Assembly: GCF_004010195.1 (NCBI RefSeq)
Contig: NC_057758.1
Coordinates: forward strand, 8,225,353-8,289,352
DNA from: Chiloscyllium plagiosum
Lineage: Eukaryota
DNA: 64,000 nt
Reading direction: 5' to 3'
The position numbers and the translations under genes are program-made. Under the pieces are notes generated by a model. It was not told the origin of the DNA. It was given only the letters and a program-made list of their open reading frames with translations, and did not search any database. Position 1 is the first letter of the stretch. The number at the start of each line of letters is the position of its first letter. Positions 37,761 through 51,353 of the stretch are shown here, piece after piece.

Positions 37761-38279
37761 GAGAGAACTAAAGAAGATCGAAATAATTTATTTATAGGAA
37801 ATTAGTAACACGGTGAACCCGTTTAGTTCCTCGAATCTGCGCAGCTGCTCGGAAGACCATGTATATTATGTGGGTGATCTCCATATGCCTGCCTTGAGAC
37901 CACATCCCTTGACATACTTCCTTAATAAAAATGTGTCTATCTCAGATTTAAATGTAAGTATTAAAATATCATCAGCCGCCATTTGAAGATGACATTTCCT
38001 AACCAACACTACTCTCTCTGTGTAGAAGTGCTATCTATTACCTCTCCTGAATGACTCTGTCAGAATTCTTAAATAATTTGGACATTGCTTACTGGAACCA
38101 GCATTTATTGCCTGTTATTAGTTGCCCTCTCGAGAAAGTGGTAGTAAGCTGCCTTCTTGAACTGGTGCAGTCTGTGTGGTGCAGGTTGACTTACAATACC
38201 CTTCGGAAGGGAATTCATCCCAGCACAATTTTTGACTTTTAATTCAAATTGTGGACATTGTTTCTGTTTATCTTCCCTG

Positions 38280-38570
38280 ACTTTCGCTACTGATTCCCTG
38301 AAGTCGTTGATTAGACCACCCTTTTACGGTTCAGATTCCAGAGATGAAAAGGCTCTCATCATTTTCAGAAATTAAGACGTCATGTCCAGGGTTTGTGCTT
38401 ATGCCCTTGTAATGACATCTTTCCAGTGCCTAAAGCTCCTTCCTGAAGACGTTGACAGAGGAAATGGTTTGTGTTTCGGGTATTCCCAGAGGGTTGGAGT
38501 TCTGTTGCTATCCGTTGTATTTTCTAACGGACTCTGTCAATGGAGAATGGAAGCAGATCTCGAATGACAA
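38280..38570 (+). pseudogene. Decayed defensin-like exon G1
   Basis: RVCAYALVMTSFQCLKLLPEDVDRGNGLCFGYSQ/RGLEFCCYPLY with one frameshift. The acceptor is uncertain. Confidence 0.5.
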
Positions 38571-38879
38571 AATCCCTACAGTATGGAAGTCAATGATTCG
38601 GCCACCGTGTCCACATCGACTGTTTGAAAAACATCCCACTGAGACCCACCAGAAAACTTTGATCCTGTCAGCCTGCATTTCCGATGCTATGGAGGCTGAT
38701 CCCCAGGAGGCAACGCAAGCACATACAGGGAGAAGTTCAAACAATTGGTCACCCATTTGTGGAATCGACACAAGGTCCCTGGCACTGTTAAGCAGCAGGG
38801 CTAACCACTGAGCACCCGTGCCTCATGGTGTATTAAACAAATGTTTAGGAAAGTAACAAAACTCCAACTTGACCAGAAC

Positions 38880-40755
38880 AATGGAAGAAATGGAAGGTAT
38901 CGAATATAATTTGGAAATGTATACCTTTATGAATGATAGTCAACGTGCCTTTGTGCGGGGCAGACCATGTTTCACTAGCCAAATGGAACTATTTGAGAAT
39001 GTGACAAAACACATTAATCAGGGCAGAACACTTGATGTCCTCGAGATGAATTGCAGCATGGCGTTTGCTAATTCAGAAAGTAACAACGCGTGAGATACAG
39101 GGAAATCTCGCTGTCTGGATATAGATTTGCCTGGCCCACATAAGAGGATAATAGTCGTAGATGGAAAGTATTCAGCCTGGATCTCAGTGGCCAGTGGTGT
39201 TCCGCAGGGGTCTGTTCTGGAAAATGTGTTCATTGTGATTTTTATAAATGACTCGCATGTGGAAGTGAAATGGTGTTTAGACAAATATGCCGATGACACA
39301 AAGGTTACTGCGGTTCCTGATATGTGGAGTGCTGTTATAGGTTGTAACGGGAGAGTGACAGGATGTACAGCGGGTCTGAGAGGTAGCAGGCAGATTCTAA
39401 CTTGAAAAAGTGTAAAGTGTTTCATTGTGAAATTTGGAATTATAATGTAGATTACAGGGGTAAAGGCAGGATTCTTGTCATTGTGGTGGAACAGACGGAT
39501 CTTGGGATCCACGCACATAGATTCCTGAAAGTTGCCACCCAAGTTGAAAGGGTTGTTCAGAAGGTGTATGAAGTGCTGGCTTTTGTTAGCAGCGGAATCA
39601 GATTACGAACCGCAAGGTTATGCTGCATGTCTATGAAGCCCTTTTTGGATCACAGTTGAATTGTTGTGTTCAGTTGTTCGAAAAATATGGAAGCTTTAGA
39701 GAGGGTGCAGTGTACTTTTATTAGGATGCAGCGTGTACAGGAGGGATTGTCTTGTGCAGAAAGATTGAGGTAGTTGGGGCATTTCGCATTGGAATGAAGA
39801 AGGAGGAGACGTGACTGGATAAAGGTGTACAAGATGACGAGAGGCATAATTTGGATGTGCCAGTTTTGGACTGGGGTGTACAAATTTATACATTATACAA
39901 CACCAGGCTGTAGTCCATCATGTTTGGAAGGACTAGCTCTCAGAGCGCTGCTGCTTCATCAGGTGGTTGTGGACGAGAAGATCATAAGATACAGAATTTA
40001 TAGTAAAAGTTAAAATGTAATGCAACTGAAATGACATTTGAAAATTACCTGCTTTGTTAGTTAAGTCTTTCAAGTTCTGGAACAATCGTGTTGGTTTCAG
40101 TTCTTTCATATGTAAATCTCAGAACTTTATTTAAAAGTTGCATTCTCAACAGATGCCATGTCAGCTCACATAATGCATTGTAGCTGTAAGATTGAAATCT
40201 GTCTGTCTTTGTCACAATGTTCAGACGATTCCGTTTCCTTAAGAAAATGCAGAATCTTGCATGGATTCATGCAGTTTTTGCAGAAAATAAATTGCAATTC
40301 TGCAAGTACAAATTCACTGCGCAAACTTTTATGCATGTGCGTACATGTTGGTGTGTGTCTGTGTTGGGAGTGTGAGTGTCAGTGAGAGAGTGTTTATGTG
40401 TATGTGCTTGTGTGGGTATGAGTGTTGGTGTGTGTATGTGAGAGGCTTAGGTAGAGTGGATAGCCAGAAATCTTTTCGCAGGCTATCACGTGGGGACATA
40501 ATTTAAAGGCGATTGGAGGAAGATTTTGGGGAAAGATGTAAGAGTGAGGTTCTTTTCACTAGAAATTGTGAGTGCATGTAATGCCCTGCCAACGTTGGTA
40601 GTAGAGTCGGATACTTACTCTTGGATAGCTGCATGTTTGATAGTAAAAGATTAGAAATGCATATTAATTTGATCTTCAAGAGGATAAACGTTTGGCACAT
40701 TATCGAGGGTAGAAGAGCCTGTAATGTATTGTACTGTTCTGTTCGATGTTCTATG
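38880..40755 (+). mobile_element. CR1 RT to 3' end, interrupted by a Penelope-type repeat (~39850-40445)
   Basis: GRPCFTS, SGVPQGSVL, IFIND, KYADDTK; tail gttctatg. Confidence 0.85.
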
Positions 40756-40970
40756 TATATCGTTAAATGAAAGTGATATATGGCTGAAAGCTGAATAGTG
40801 TCCTTTGGTGTCTGTTTACTTCTGAAAAGACAGGAACAAATGTAATGTTTCCTACTTCAGTCATTTCTCTCTGTATTTCTCTCTCTCTATCTCTTTCTGT
40901 CTGTTTCTCCCTTCATGAGTTAAAATCAATAAGACTGAGTGAGTAAGACTGCGTTTCCTTTCTGCTGCAA

Positions 40971-41065
40971 TTGCTTAATAATCTGCCAACTTGATACACA
41001 CAAGATGCAGGCAATCACTTTTATTGATGTCATTATTACTGACAGATACGTCGTGAACTTATAAA
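40971..41065 (+). promoter_or_regulatory. Candidate promoter of gene A2: C/EBP-like site and TATA box
   Basis: TTGCTTAAT at 40971-40979 and TATAAA at 41060-41065, 53 nt upstream of the signal-peptide ATG at 41119. Confidence 0.4.
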
Positions 41066-41118
41066 GAGAAAGCTTGAGGACTAACTTCGGCCACGAGATA
41101 TGAGATACTCAGTGGAGA

Positions 41119-44100
41119 ATGTTGATGGCAGGACTCTTCGCACTCGGTTTCCTGATGCTCATTCGGTCCTTTGCTTCTGATTCACTTTTCTTACTTCCCA
41201 AAATCGAAGATCCGTATTATTTTTATAGCACTGCATCATTCGCGGGTTTATGAGAAGGCCATTCAATCCCTCTATTCCGACGTCGCAGAAAACTCTTTCA
41301 GAAGTGAGACAGGGTCCTAAATTCATTTATTTCTTTAAAAATCATTCACTTTCACCAATTGAAACCTGTGTTTGCCTGTTGGATCATTGTGAGTTTCGCA
41401 ATTTATTCATTAATATTCTTCTACTAGTGAACACTTCTGTCAGTCGTCCGCACATCAATCATTGCCTACTCCTGACATCATCCATCCGCTCTTCTGTGTG
41501 ATTATCTGGGCAACCCCCTTACTTTGAAATCAGCTTTTTCCATCTTCCAACTGATACCACTTCTATCAGAAATCGGACAACTGAATTAAAAAGATATAAG
41601 ATTTGTTCCAGCACAGAGTGCAGCCACTTAGCTCTGGATCTAACACTAACTCAAGTGTTGATAGCATCTCGGAGCAAGGAATAAATCGGTGTTTCCAATT
41701 TATTCTTAAACGAATCTACTATAAAAGAAGTCTGTTTCTGCAACGGTAGAAGGAATCAATGACTCTGCCGTGGGAATATTGCGGAGAATTTAGATCACCT
41801 TACTTGAGAAGGGATGCAGTTATATTGGAGGCAATTCAGAGGAGTTTCAGTCAATTGAGTCAATTCGTGAACATTTGTCTTGTGAAGAAAGTTTAAGCAG
41901 TCAAATCGGAGTCTGAAAAATGGTGAGTACGATTGTGCAAGTGTGCGTAGAATGGATTATTCGATGAGATTACTTACAGTATGGAAACAGGCCCTTCGCC
42001 CCAACAAGTCCACACCGATCCGCCGTAGTGCAACCCACCCATTCCCCTACGCCTAACACTGCGGACAATTTAACACGATCAATTCACCTGACCTGCACAT
42101 CTTTGGACTGTGGGAGGAAACCGGCATGGATGAGGAAGAATTTTTTTTCTGAAAGAGCCATCGATTTGTGGAACTCGCTGACGCGGGATGCAGTGAATGC
42201 TGGGATACTAGTAAACATAAAAAAGAGGTGGACAGATTTTTACCTGACTTCAGCTGAAGAGATGGGACTGGAATCTGGAGTAGTCTGTTGGGAAAGGTTC
42301 AGCCATGATTGCATTAAATAATCGCTGGCTTGAGGGATTGCCTATCCTTCTCCTTTTCCTTGTTCTTCTCCACTCACACAACACGGTTAACGCTGGGATC
42401 GATTATTGTAATGAGACATTGGCATGTTCCCTGCACCCTTCCCTCCAACATACCAACTCTGTTACCTCCACTATACCGAAATGATTCAAAATGTTCCATG
42501 TGTACTGACTGTAATTGGCTCGCCTGTGCCAAGCAATAGTCACAGATATGCTGATGTTGTTCTGAATGTATATTCAAGCAATGCATCAATTTCAATAGCA
42601 TTTGTTTTTTTTAATTATTTAAAGGCAACCTACCCTCCCCCTCCCTTTTGGCACCACCAGATTTCCAAATGTCCCATTTCTCTGTTTTTCACCAATTGCA
42701 GTTGCTTGGGACTCACCGAGTTAGATAAAACTTTGTCTCAAAGAATATATTGTTAGGAATTTGTAACAGAACATTTGGATGATTTCAAAGACAATCATTG
42801 TAAAAACAACATGGTTTGTTGAAAGATCATGGTTTTAGGAAGCTTTGAGTTCATTGACAACGCGCATTGTAGACAGAAGGTAATCCTTGGACATGGTGTA
42901 AGTAAGTTTCATGAAGCCTGGATATAAGATGCTCCTTCGCAGATATAGAATGTTCAGTGTGCAAGCACGGTATATACAGGCATGGAGAGAAGAATGACTG
43001 CTCTGGCAGGAAGTAAACAGAAGGTTGGCATCTTGCGTGTTCAACTTTGCAAGTTATGCAACAGAAAGTGACCGGCTGAACCCTCAAATGTTTGCTGTTT
43101 TTCCACACCGTTCACACAAAGGGACGTGAGATACTGTTTCCAAATTTGTGGATGGCAGAAAGATAGCCCGAAAGAAAAATAACTCAATAAGACAGTTCTG
43201 AACATGAGTGCAGAATTGGATTTAACATTGATAAGTTTAGGAAACGCTCTTGGGAAGAAGAATCAAAGTAGGAGAGTACTCATGATTCCTGGGTCATGAG
43301 GAGGCTCAATGGAATAGAGGAATCTTCGGGGCGTGTCCACATGTTAATAGTAGAATTAAGAAGGACCGTGTTGTCTTTACCATTCGAGACATCGATTATA
43401 AAAGCAGGATGTTTTGTTGGATCTGTACAGAACTTCAGTTTGGGCACAGCTGAAATATTGTGTGTACTCCTGGTCATCACGCAACGGGAAGGATATCTTG
43501 TACTGGAAGGATAAAAGAGGAGTTGGCAAATTTAATTGGGTCTCAAGCTTGCAGAGATGTAATTTCTGTACATTTCTGTCTTAATTCTGAAGTCCCTTAT
43601 TCTCAAACTATAGCCTACCGTTCTCGATACCCCGACGAGAAGAAAAATCAGCTCGACCATAAATTTGACTTTCTTTTTATGCAGATCACACAGACTCACA
43701 GATTCATACAGTCTGGAGAATATTGTTTTGTTAACATAGCAAAAAACGCAAGAGGAGGAAGTCTATACTTCAGTAATACAGGGCATTGGTGATACTGCAT
43801 CTGGAGAACTGAGCAGTGAACAATTTCGACGCATGCAGATGACTCGAAACCTGGTAGAACTGTAAACTATGAGAAGGACATTGCAGAAATTCAAAAGGAC
43901 ACTGGCAAATTGGTAGAGTTGGCAGGTAAGAGGTAGACACATTTCAATTCAGAGAAGTGAAAGGGGACGCACTTTATTGGAAGATCACTGAAAGGCAATA
44001 TAAAATTGGGATTGGATGGTACAGGTGGCAGAAATTTAAAGGGGGGCAGGCGCAAAGGGACATCCATGTATCTGTGTGCAGATAATAGACTTTGGTAGGA

Positions 44101-45040
44101 CAAAGGGAGACAACTGCAAAGAAAGAATAAACTGGTGCAACTGCTTTCCCTGGAGAGAAAATGGCTGAGATGAGATATGACGGAGATTTCAAAATCATGG
44201 CATGGGGCTAAACTGTGTACACAGGGAGAAGGCTTTACCATTTGTAAAAGGATCAAGAATGAGATGGGTGTATGGTCGCATCGTTAAGGTGGGTGCAAAT
44301 GAAACAATAGTGAAGACAGTAAGATCTTTTCCACCCAGTGAGTACTTCGGGTTTGGAATGTATGGCCTGGAGGTATACTCAATGCAAGTTCAATTAATAC
44401 TTTCAAGACGGAAGTCGGGTATTTGTTGGTGTGGAAATGAGATGCAGAGATCTGGGGAAAGAGTCAAAAAGTTTACATCGGGGATAGAACAGCAGTGTAC
44501 ACAGCCCGCCGAATAGCATCCGAGTGCGCCCGAAATATTCTGGGAGATTCTGTGACCTTGGAATTCGACTTTCTTCCCCATGCTTCCAGCGAGCCGAACA
44601 GACGAACAAACTGTTTGCTTCCTTACCGATTATGAAAATGACTGTAAAAAAGCTAGTGCCATGTGCTCAGTCAATGTGTGCCCAACAGTTTAGGTATAAC
44701 CTGTTCTGAGGCTGTGCCAGCCTGAAGAACACTGTTGCAAGAATCGGCGATCTCAGACACAAGTGCCGCACGAGAGCCATGAGGATACTGACTTCAGTTG
44801 ATTCTTAATTTGACTGTGGAGTCAAAGTAAGGTCGGACTGTTTAACCGATGTTCACGGAGAGGTGTGACTTAAAACTAGCTGAATTGTTAACCAGTCCTT
44901 GTCCATGCCGCATTCGGTGCCAAATGCACAGAGAAGTCTAAGTAAGGTCGGACTGTTTAACCGATGTTCATGGAGAGGTGGGACTTAAAAAACCAGCTGA
45001 ATTGTTAACCAGTCCTTGTCCATGCCGCATTCGGTGCCAA
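41119..45040 (+). pseudogene. Beta-defensin-like pseudogene A2 (signal exon 41119-~41179, small exon 41246-41303, Cys exon from 44590)
   Basis: MLMAGLFALGFLMLIRSFAS. TTCCAG|CG then SRTDEQTVCFLTDYENDCKKASAMCSVNVCPTV*V*PVLRLCQPEEHCCKNRR, with two stops. The acceptor of the small exon is mutated. Confidence 0.75.
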
Positions 45041-45519
45041 ATGCACAGAGAACACTGGTGAAAGCACAGGACGTCTGGTAGTTTTAGCGCACAGAGAGGA
45101 AATCAGAATTAGCATTTTGAGTCTGGTTGGACTTTTCTGCAGAGAGAAACCCCAACTATTCTGGCAGCAAATACATGCAGAGTGAGAAATGAAGGGGGGT
45201 GGAGGGAGAGAGTGAGAAAGAGAGAGAGAGAGCGAGAGAGGGATAACACAGAGGGCGGAATATTGTTCAAGATCAAGGAATGAAAGATTATCGCAAATGC
45301 AGAGGAATATGATTTAGAATGAAAACAGCCATGATCAGGGATTTGATTAAAAGTTACAGAATACTCAACGACCTGGATAGAATGGGCATGACGAAGATGT
45401 ATCCGTCTTTGGGAAAGGCTGGGATCCGAGGGCAAAGCCTCAGAGTAACGGGGCACACCTCGAGAATTGATTAAGGAATAACTTCTTCAGGCAGAGAATT
45501 GGTGAATCGTGAAACTAAT

Positions 45520-46300
45520 ATGAAGCCCATCCCACCTACACTATTCCATGAATGTCCAATGACGACTTAAATGCACTTTAACTTGGCGAATCTACTAGCG
45601 ATGCAGGCAAAGCATTCCATACCCTTACTACTCTCTGCGTAAAGAACCTACATCTGACATCTGTCTTATACCTATCTCCCCTCACTTTAAAGTTGTGTCC
45701 CCTCGTGTTTGCCGTCTCCATTCTTGGAAAAAGGCTCTCCCTGTCTACCTTATCTCACCCTCTGATTATCTTTTATGTGTCTATTAAGTCACCTCTCAAC
45801 CTTCTTCTCTCTGACGAGAACAGCCTCAAGGCCCTCAGCCTTTCCTCGTAAGACATTCCTTCCATACCAGGCAACATCCTAATAAATCTCCTCTGCACCC
45901 TTTCCAAAGCTTCTGCATCCTTCTTATAATGCGGTGATCAGAGCTGTACACAATACTCCAAGTGTGGCCGTATCAGAGCTTTGTACAGCTGCAGCATAAC
46001 CTCCTGGTTCCGGAAATCAATCCCTCTATTAATAAAGGCCAAAACACCGTATGCCTTCTTAACAACCCTGTCAATCTGGGTGGACATTTTCAGGGATCTG
46101 TGTACATGGACACCGAGATCTCTCTGCTCAGCTTCACTCCCAAGAATCCTACCATTAGCCCACTACTTTGCATCCCGATTACTCCAGTCAAAGTGAATCA
46201 CCACACACTTGTCCGCATGAACTCCATTTGTCACCGCTCAGCCCAGCTCTGCATCCAATCTATGTCTCTCTGCAATCTACTACACCCTTCGTCAGTTTCC
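45520..46300 (-). mobile_element. CR1/HER1 3' fragment (paralog of 9885-10750)
   Basis: Inverted copy lacking the terminal tail. The same deletion is seen at 56565-57350. Confidence 0.9.
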
Positions 46301-46816
46301 AGATAGACAGGCTCTTGATTGGTAAGACGATCACGAGTTACTGTAGGGGTGGGGTCGGTTGGAACGCATGAGGTCTGATCGAATGTTGGAGCATGTCCAG
46401 GAGCAATATGGTCAAATTCTGCATTTAAGTTTCACAATTGTATGATTCTATGGAATGAGGCAGCAGGCTTAATGACCAAGTGAACGACAATGGTCCCTTA
46501 TGCGTGTATCTGCAGCTGTTAAGTGCAAATGGGGCTTCACATTGTCAGGCGTCAGTGGTAATGAATGTGAGCGAGTCGAGGTTGACCAAAAAGAGAGTAC
46601 CGCAGTTTCCGAGAGCTCACACTGAGAAAATGATCTCACTGTCAGTGGGCTAAAACTGTGGGAGTGCCGCATTATCGGAGTGTCAGTGTAACTTGAATAG
46701 AACGGGGGAGTCATGAGAATTTACAAGCCGCTCTGCACAGTCATGTCAAAGTGTCAGTAATGAGGGAGCAAAAAATCAGTCTGTCGGATGGGCTGCACTG
46801 GGGTCAGCACTCGGTA

Positions 46817-47347
46817 CTGGAAAGCCAGATCTGGTGGAGCACCACACTGTTGGAGAGTCAGTTCTTATGTAATCCTGCACATACACAAGTGCAATCCAGC
46901 ATGATTTGCTGAATGATGGTGAGTTAGGTTGGAATACACATGGCGGGGTAGAAGCAGGAAATTGAGCAAGGGTTGCTCTGCACAGAGATCTCCAGACATA
47001 CCAGGATGACCACAAAATGGCGAGACGATTATATTGATATTTCTGATTCCTGTAGTTATTCCGTGCCCTCACTGACCAACAGACAAATTCATTAACACAT
47101 TTATCCCGTGAGAATCCAAACCATCATACCTGACAGTTCCAAACCATCTTCTTGGCATGTCTATCTGACGACAGGGTCGAACCATCCAGAGTGGGCTGCA
47201 AAGTGGCAAACCAATGGGAGGAGATTCCAGTCGGTTGGAGCAATTCTCGGGTCCCAAGAATTGATTGGACCAAACGTGGCCGATGGCAGAGGTGGGGGCC
47301 TTGAATGTGCACCCATCCGAGAAACACTGGGAAGAGATAAAGGAATA
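46817..47347 (-). pseudogene. Multi-domain defensin-like exon D2
   Basis: Inverted paralog of 8830-9360 (RDKCVNEFVC[W]). Confidence 0.45.
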
Positions 47348-48257
47348 CTACCGCAGGAGAAAACATCAGTGTTAATCTCGCATTCGACAGCAGCTTTTGA
47401 AACATACGTTTGTGTGTGTGTGTGTTTGCTCTTCTAATAAAAACTTGTTCAAGCATTATTAATAAAAGTCAATCAGAAATCAGTTTTAATGGGCGGAGAA
47501 GTTATAGACATGCATCGTTTTTACTCACTCATGCCACGTGAGCATCTCTGGCTATCCAGCATTTAATGCCCAACTTTAGTTTCCCCCTTAACAAGGTGGT
47601 TGTGAGTGCTTGCTCGCCATGGTCTCACATTGCTATATGGGAGACTGTTCAGAAATGAGACTCAGTGACATGGAAGGAAAGGCCGGTTTGGATTGGGGAA
47701 GATGACTCAGAAATCCATTACAGTTCAGACTTGTTTCAAACATCGACAAAATAACTGAATTTCAGAGCTGAAATGAAGGTCGCAAAACTGGTCTCAATGG
47801 ATATCAAGGGGCAAACTCTCCATTGGTTAGGGTGGTAATCACAAGATATGCCAAATGTCAAGGTTGTTGGAGGTCAGTAACCTCAGAACCAGAACATCTC
47901 TCCTCAGGATAGTGACCAAGGCTAAATTATCGTCAGCTACTCTACCATAACGTCATGATTACGGATGTTGCTGATGACTGCCCAATGTTCATCATCATTT
48001 GCATCTACCTAGTTACGGAAGCAGTCCATTTTAAAGTGCAACAATATGAGTACGATGTCTAGGCTCGGCTGGCAAGTGGCAAGGCAAACAGAAGACTGCA
48101 GATTCTAGAGATAAGAGCCCAGAGTGTGGTCTGGAAAAGCATCACTGGCCAGACAGCATCTGCGGAGCAGGAAAATCAACGTTCAGATTAAAGCACTACC
48201 TCAGGGCTTTTGCCCAAAACATCGATATTCCTGCTCCTCGAACGTTGCCTGGTTTGC

Positions 48258-48757
48258 NNNNNNNNNNNNNNNNNNNNNNNNNNNNNNNNNNNNNNNNNNN
48301 NNNNNNNNNNNNNNNNNNNNNNNNNNNNNNNNNNNNNNNNNNNNNNNNNNNNNNNNNNNNNNNNNNNNNNNNNNNNNNNNNNNNNNNNNNNNNNNNNNNN
48401 NNNNNNNNNNNNNNNNNNNNNNNNNNNNNNNNNNNNNNNNNNNNNNNNNNNNNNNNNNNNNNNNNNNNNNNNNNNNNNNNNNNNNNNNNNNNNNNNNNNN
48501 NNNNNNNNNNNNNNNNNNNNNNNNNNNNNNNNNNNNNNNNNNNNNNNNNNNNNNNNNNNNNNNNNNNNNNNNNNNNNNNNNNNNNNNNNNNNNNNNNNNN
48601 NNNNNNNNNNNNNNNNNNNNNNNNNNNNNNNNNNNNNNNNNNNNNNNNNNNNNNNNNNNNNNNNNNNNNNNNNNNNNNNNNNNNNNNNNNNNNNNNNNNN
48701 NNNNNNNNNNNNNNNNNNNNNNNNNNNNNNNNNNNNNNNNNNNNNNNNNNNNNNNNN
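48258..48757. other. Assembly gap (500 N)
   Basis: Run of N. Confidence 1.
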
Positions 48758-48866
48758 CCCCAAAGTCTCCATTTCATTCATACACTGTGGTGATCCGGTC
48801 TGAACATGGTCTTCTGACTGCCGTGTAACCAAATGTCTACACAGCAGCTAAGCTGCAACAAAGACA

Positions 48867-49640
48867 ATGTCATCGCGGTATCCTGCCTATTCTCTGACCA
48901 TTGCTTTCGTCCCTGTCATTATGTTAGAACTCTGATCTGAATGGGAAATGAAATTTGGACAATTTATGTTTGTTGATGTCGTTTAGTTTTATTCATATGT
49001 GTGAGAAGGCAGTGCGTCAGGACTCATTGTATTGAGACCATGAAATGAAGATTGAATTGGTGAGATGACAGATCTCTCCATTCGGAAACTCAAAGGCTTT
49101 CCAGAGGTGCATGTTTCCTTTTCTTCATCGCTGGCAAGAAAGGCATGCAGCACACTTAGAAGTGTGGGCATGCCCCATCGGTCCTCACTGAAATTGTCTC
49201 ATTACATGGTACTTTACTGCAGTAACTTCGCTCTAAAACACATGGAATGATTGGATCTCGGAGACAGAACAAAAGAGAAAAAATATTCTTCAATGTTAAC
49301 ATTCCACACACTGGATATCCTCCTGTGGTCTCACTGGGGGGCATAAAGCCAGAAAATGCAGATTGCAGTCTCTCGTTTCTAATAGTAATTTGTTGGGGTC
49401 GCTGTTGTACATATTGCTTGAAGTGGTTTCCATTATTGTTTGTGAATACCAGACCTGCATGCAGTGCTGCAGCTCTGACCTGCTATTGATATAGCCGATT
49501 GGGAACTGATCAGTTTGTTCACAGTGTGTAAATATTTGGGAAGACGGACTGCAACGTTTCTGAGCACGTTGCTTCAGGAACTGAGAATCGATAGGAAACA
49601 TCAGCTGGCTTAAAGGTGAACAGATCCCCTGGTCCGTAAC
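48867..49640 (+). pseudogene. Defensin-like pseudogene E2
   Basis: ADCSLSFLIVICWGRCCTYCLKWFPLLFVNTRPACSAAALTC[Y]*; acceptor mutated to CTG at 49311-49313. Second motif: QCVNIWEDG/CNVSE/RCFRN*ESIGNIS[W]LKGEQI. Confidence 0.55.
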
Positions 49641-50898
49641 TCAGTGACTTCATTATTCAGAGAGTTGTTGGGATATGGAACATCGCTGCCAAGGAGAGAA
49701 GTGGAGGCAGATTCGACAGAAGCTTTCAAAAGAGAATTGGATATTCATTTGAAGGGGATGAATTGAGAGGGATATGGAGGTAGGGATGGAGAATTGTGTT
49801 AACTTTGCAGCTCTTACTGGAGCCGGGGCAGAAACAATGGATAGAATGGTCGCGCTCTGAACTGGAAATTCTATGATTATTATATGATGGGCAGCTGATG
49901 AAGCCTTGCTAAAAGCGGGGTGATTACAGACCAATCTTAAAGGTGGAAATAGAAGTGGTTAGTGTTAAATAATTTCTTGTGCAACAGAAGTCTTGAGGCA
50001 CGGGCAACATAGACAGTTTTAATAATACAGCTTAGATCAAAGAAGACCGGACTTGGCGGAATTCAGATATTGTAAAAGCGTTCAAACTGCAGCCACTGCA
50101 GATATCAGATCAACTACACCCACAACTACAATTTCCAGGCTTTTCCCAATACTTCAGCGATTCCCTTACTGCTTGAAAAATCTGTCAGTCTCACCTTTGA
50201 ACACACAATTCTCTTGGGGAGAGAATTGCCTGCATTTACAACAATCCAATAGAAGAAACTTCACACCAAGAATGTTTTAAATTGTCAACACTTCATTTTA
50301 AGACGAGGCCCTCTGGTCCTACATTCTCACATAAGATCAATCGACCTCTCACCAGTTAAACTGAAAATACGTTTAAGAGCCATTTATTATTCAATAAGCT
50401 CACCTTGTATTCTTCGAAACTCCAACGAGTCCTCGTCTAACCTACGGAACATCTGATTAGACCGTCCGTCCATAACTGGAATCAGCCCAATGAACTTTCT
50501 GTGGTCTGCCTTTCTTCAGGTATGCTGCCCGAAACTGTTCACAATATTCCATTATGCCGACTCGAGTCGTGTTTACCTTCAGTGAAACCTCTTGAATTTC
50601 ATAATCCAATCCACTTGAATTTAAAGTCCGGCAAAGCCATGCGTATATTTAAACAAATCTGGTGAACTGTTTGCAAATGCTTCTGCGACAGATATTATTA
50701 CACAACTTTGAAACATGTAGAATTTGAAACCTCCATTGCATCACAACATTCGCCCTTTCACTGAGTTGTCGCATGAATTGCACATCTGCTTGGCGATCAA
50801 TATTTGCAATAAGAAAAAAATGCAAGCATACGATTTTTTGTACAGACTAGAAATTATGATCGACATCTTTCTGTGCGCAATTTTTTTTTTCTTCCAAG

Positions 50899-51353
50899 AT
50901 TACAGAGAAAGGAACGACTGAAATATTAACGTGAATGAACACACATGATCAACCCAAATAGAAGCAAAGAGCATAGTGACCACCGTTCAAAGCAGTGCTG
51001 CCCTCGTTTGACCACATGAAGTTGTGCAAATCTCTGTAAGGAAGTTTAACTGGGGTACTTACAATTTTTCTGGCCTTCCACCAACACCAGCTTTCCAATC
51101 AGCAAAAGCAGTGTCAACCACTTCATCACTGTTGTGGCGAGAGGAAAAATGACAAGACTGAAACACAGATCATCATTTTATGGTTTCAAAGATGGCCCTG
51201 TTTTTCATCACAGACATAACTATGACTGGCACCAGTTTGAATTATGTTGAAAATTATCTCACTAACTGAGACAGGGAGTGAATGGAACGGAAGTTCAAAG
51301 CTATCTCCTTAAAGTTTACATGTTGTACCGAACAAAGTTACCGGCCTGAGTAA
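50899..51353 (+). pseudogene. Two-domain defensin-like exon F2
   Basis: Strong poly-T acceptor ending CTTCCAAG|AT. One frame reads KLCKSL*GS[L]TGVLTI[F]LAFHQHQLSNQQKQCQPLHHCCGERK = C-x6-[C]-x6-[C]-x14-C-x5-CC. A second TCCTEQSYRPE* lies at 51318-51353. Confidence 0.6.

Larger units (their letters stand above)
35455..39637. repeat. Segmental duplication block Y, copy 1
   Basis: Direct near-identical match to 48758-53220. Confidence 0.95.
41113..48257. repeat. Segmental duplication block X, copy 2 (inverted relative to copy 1)
   Basis: Reverse complement of 7885-16246 without the Penelope insertion; ends at the gap. Confidence 0.95.

Noticed and set aside
44410..44555. GICWCGNE...QQCTQP resembling a WSC domain
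   Set aside because: It lies in the 3' tail of a CR1 element (ending attctgtga), so it is a chance translation.
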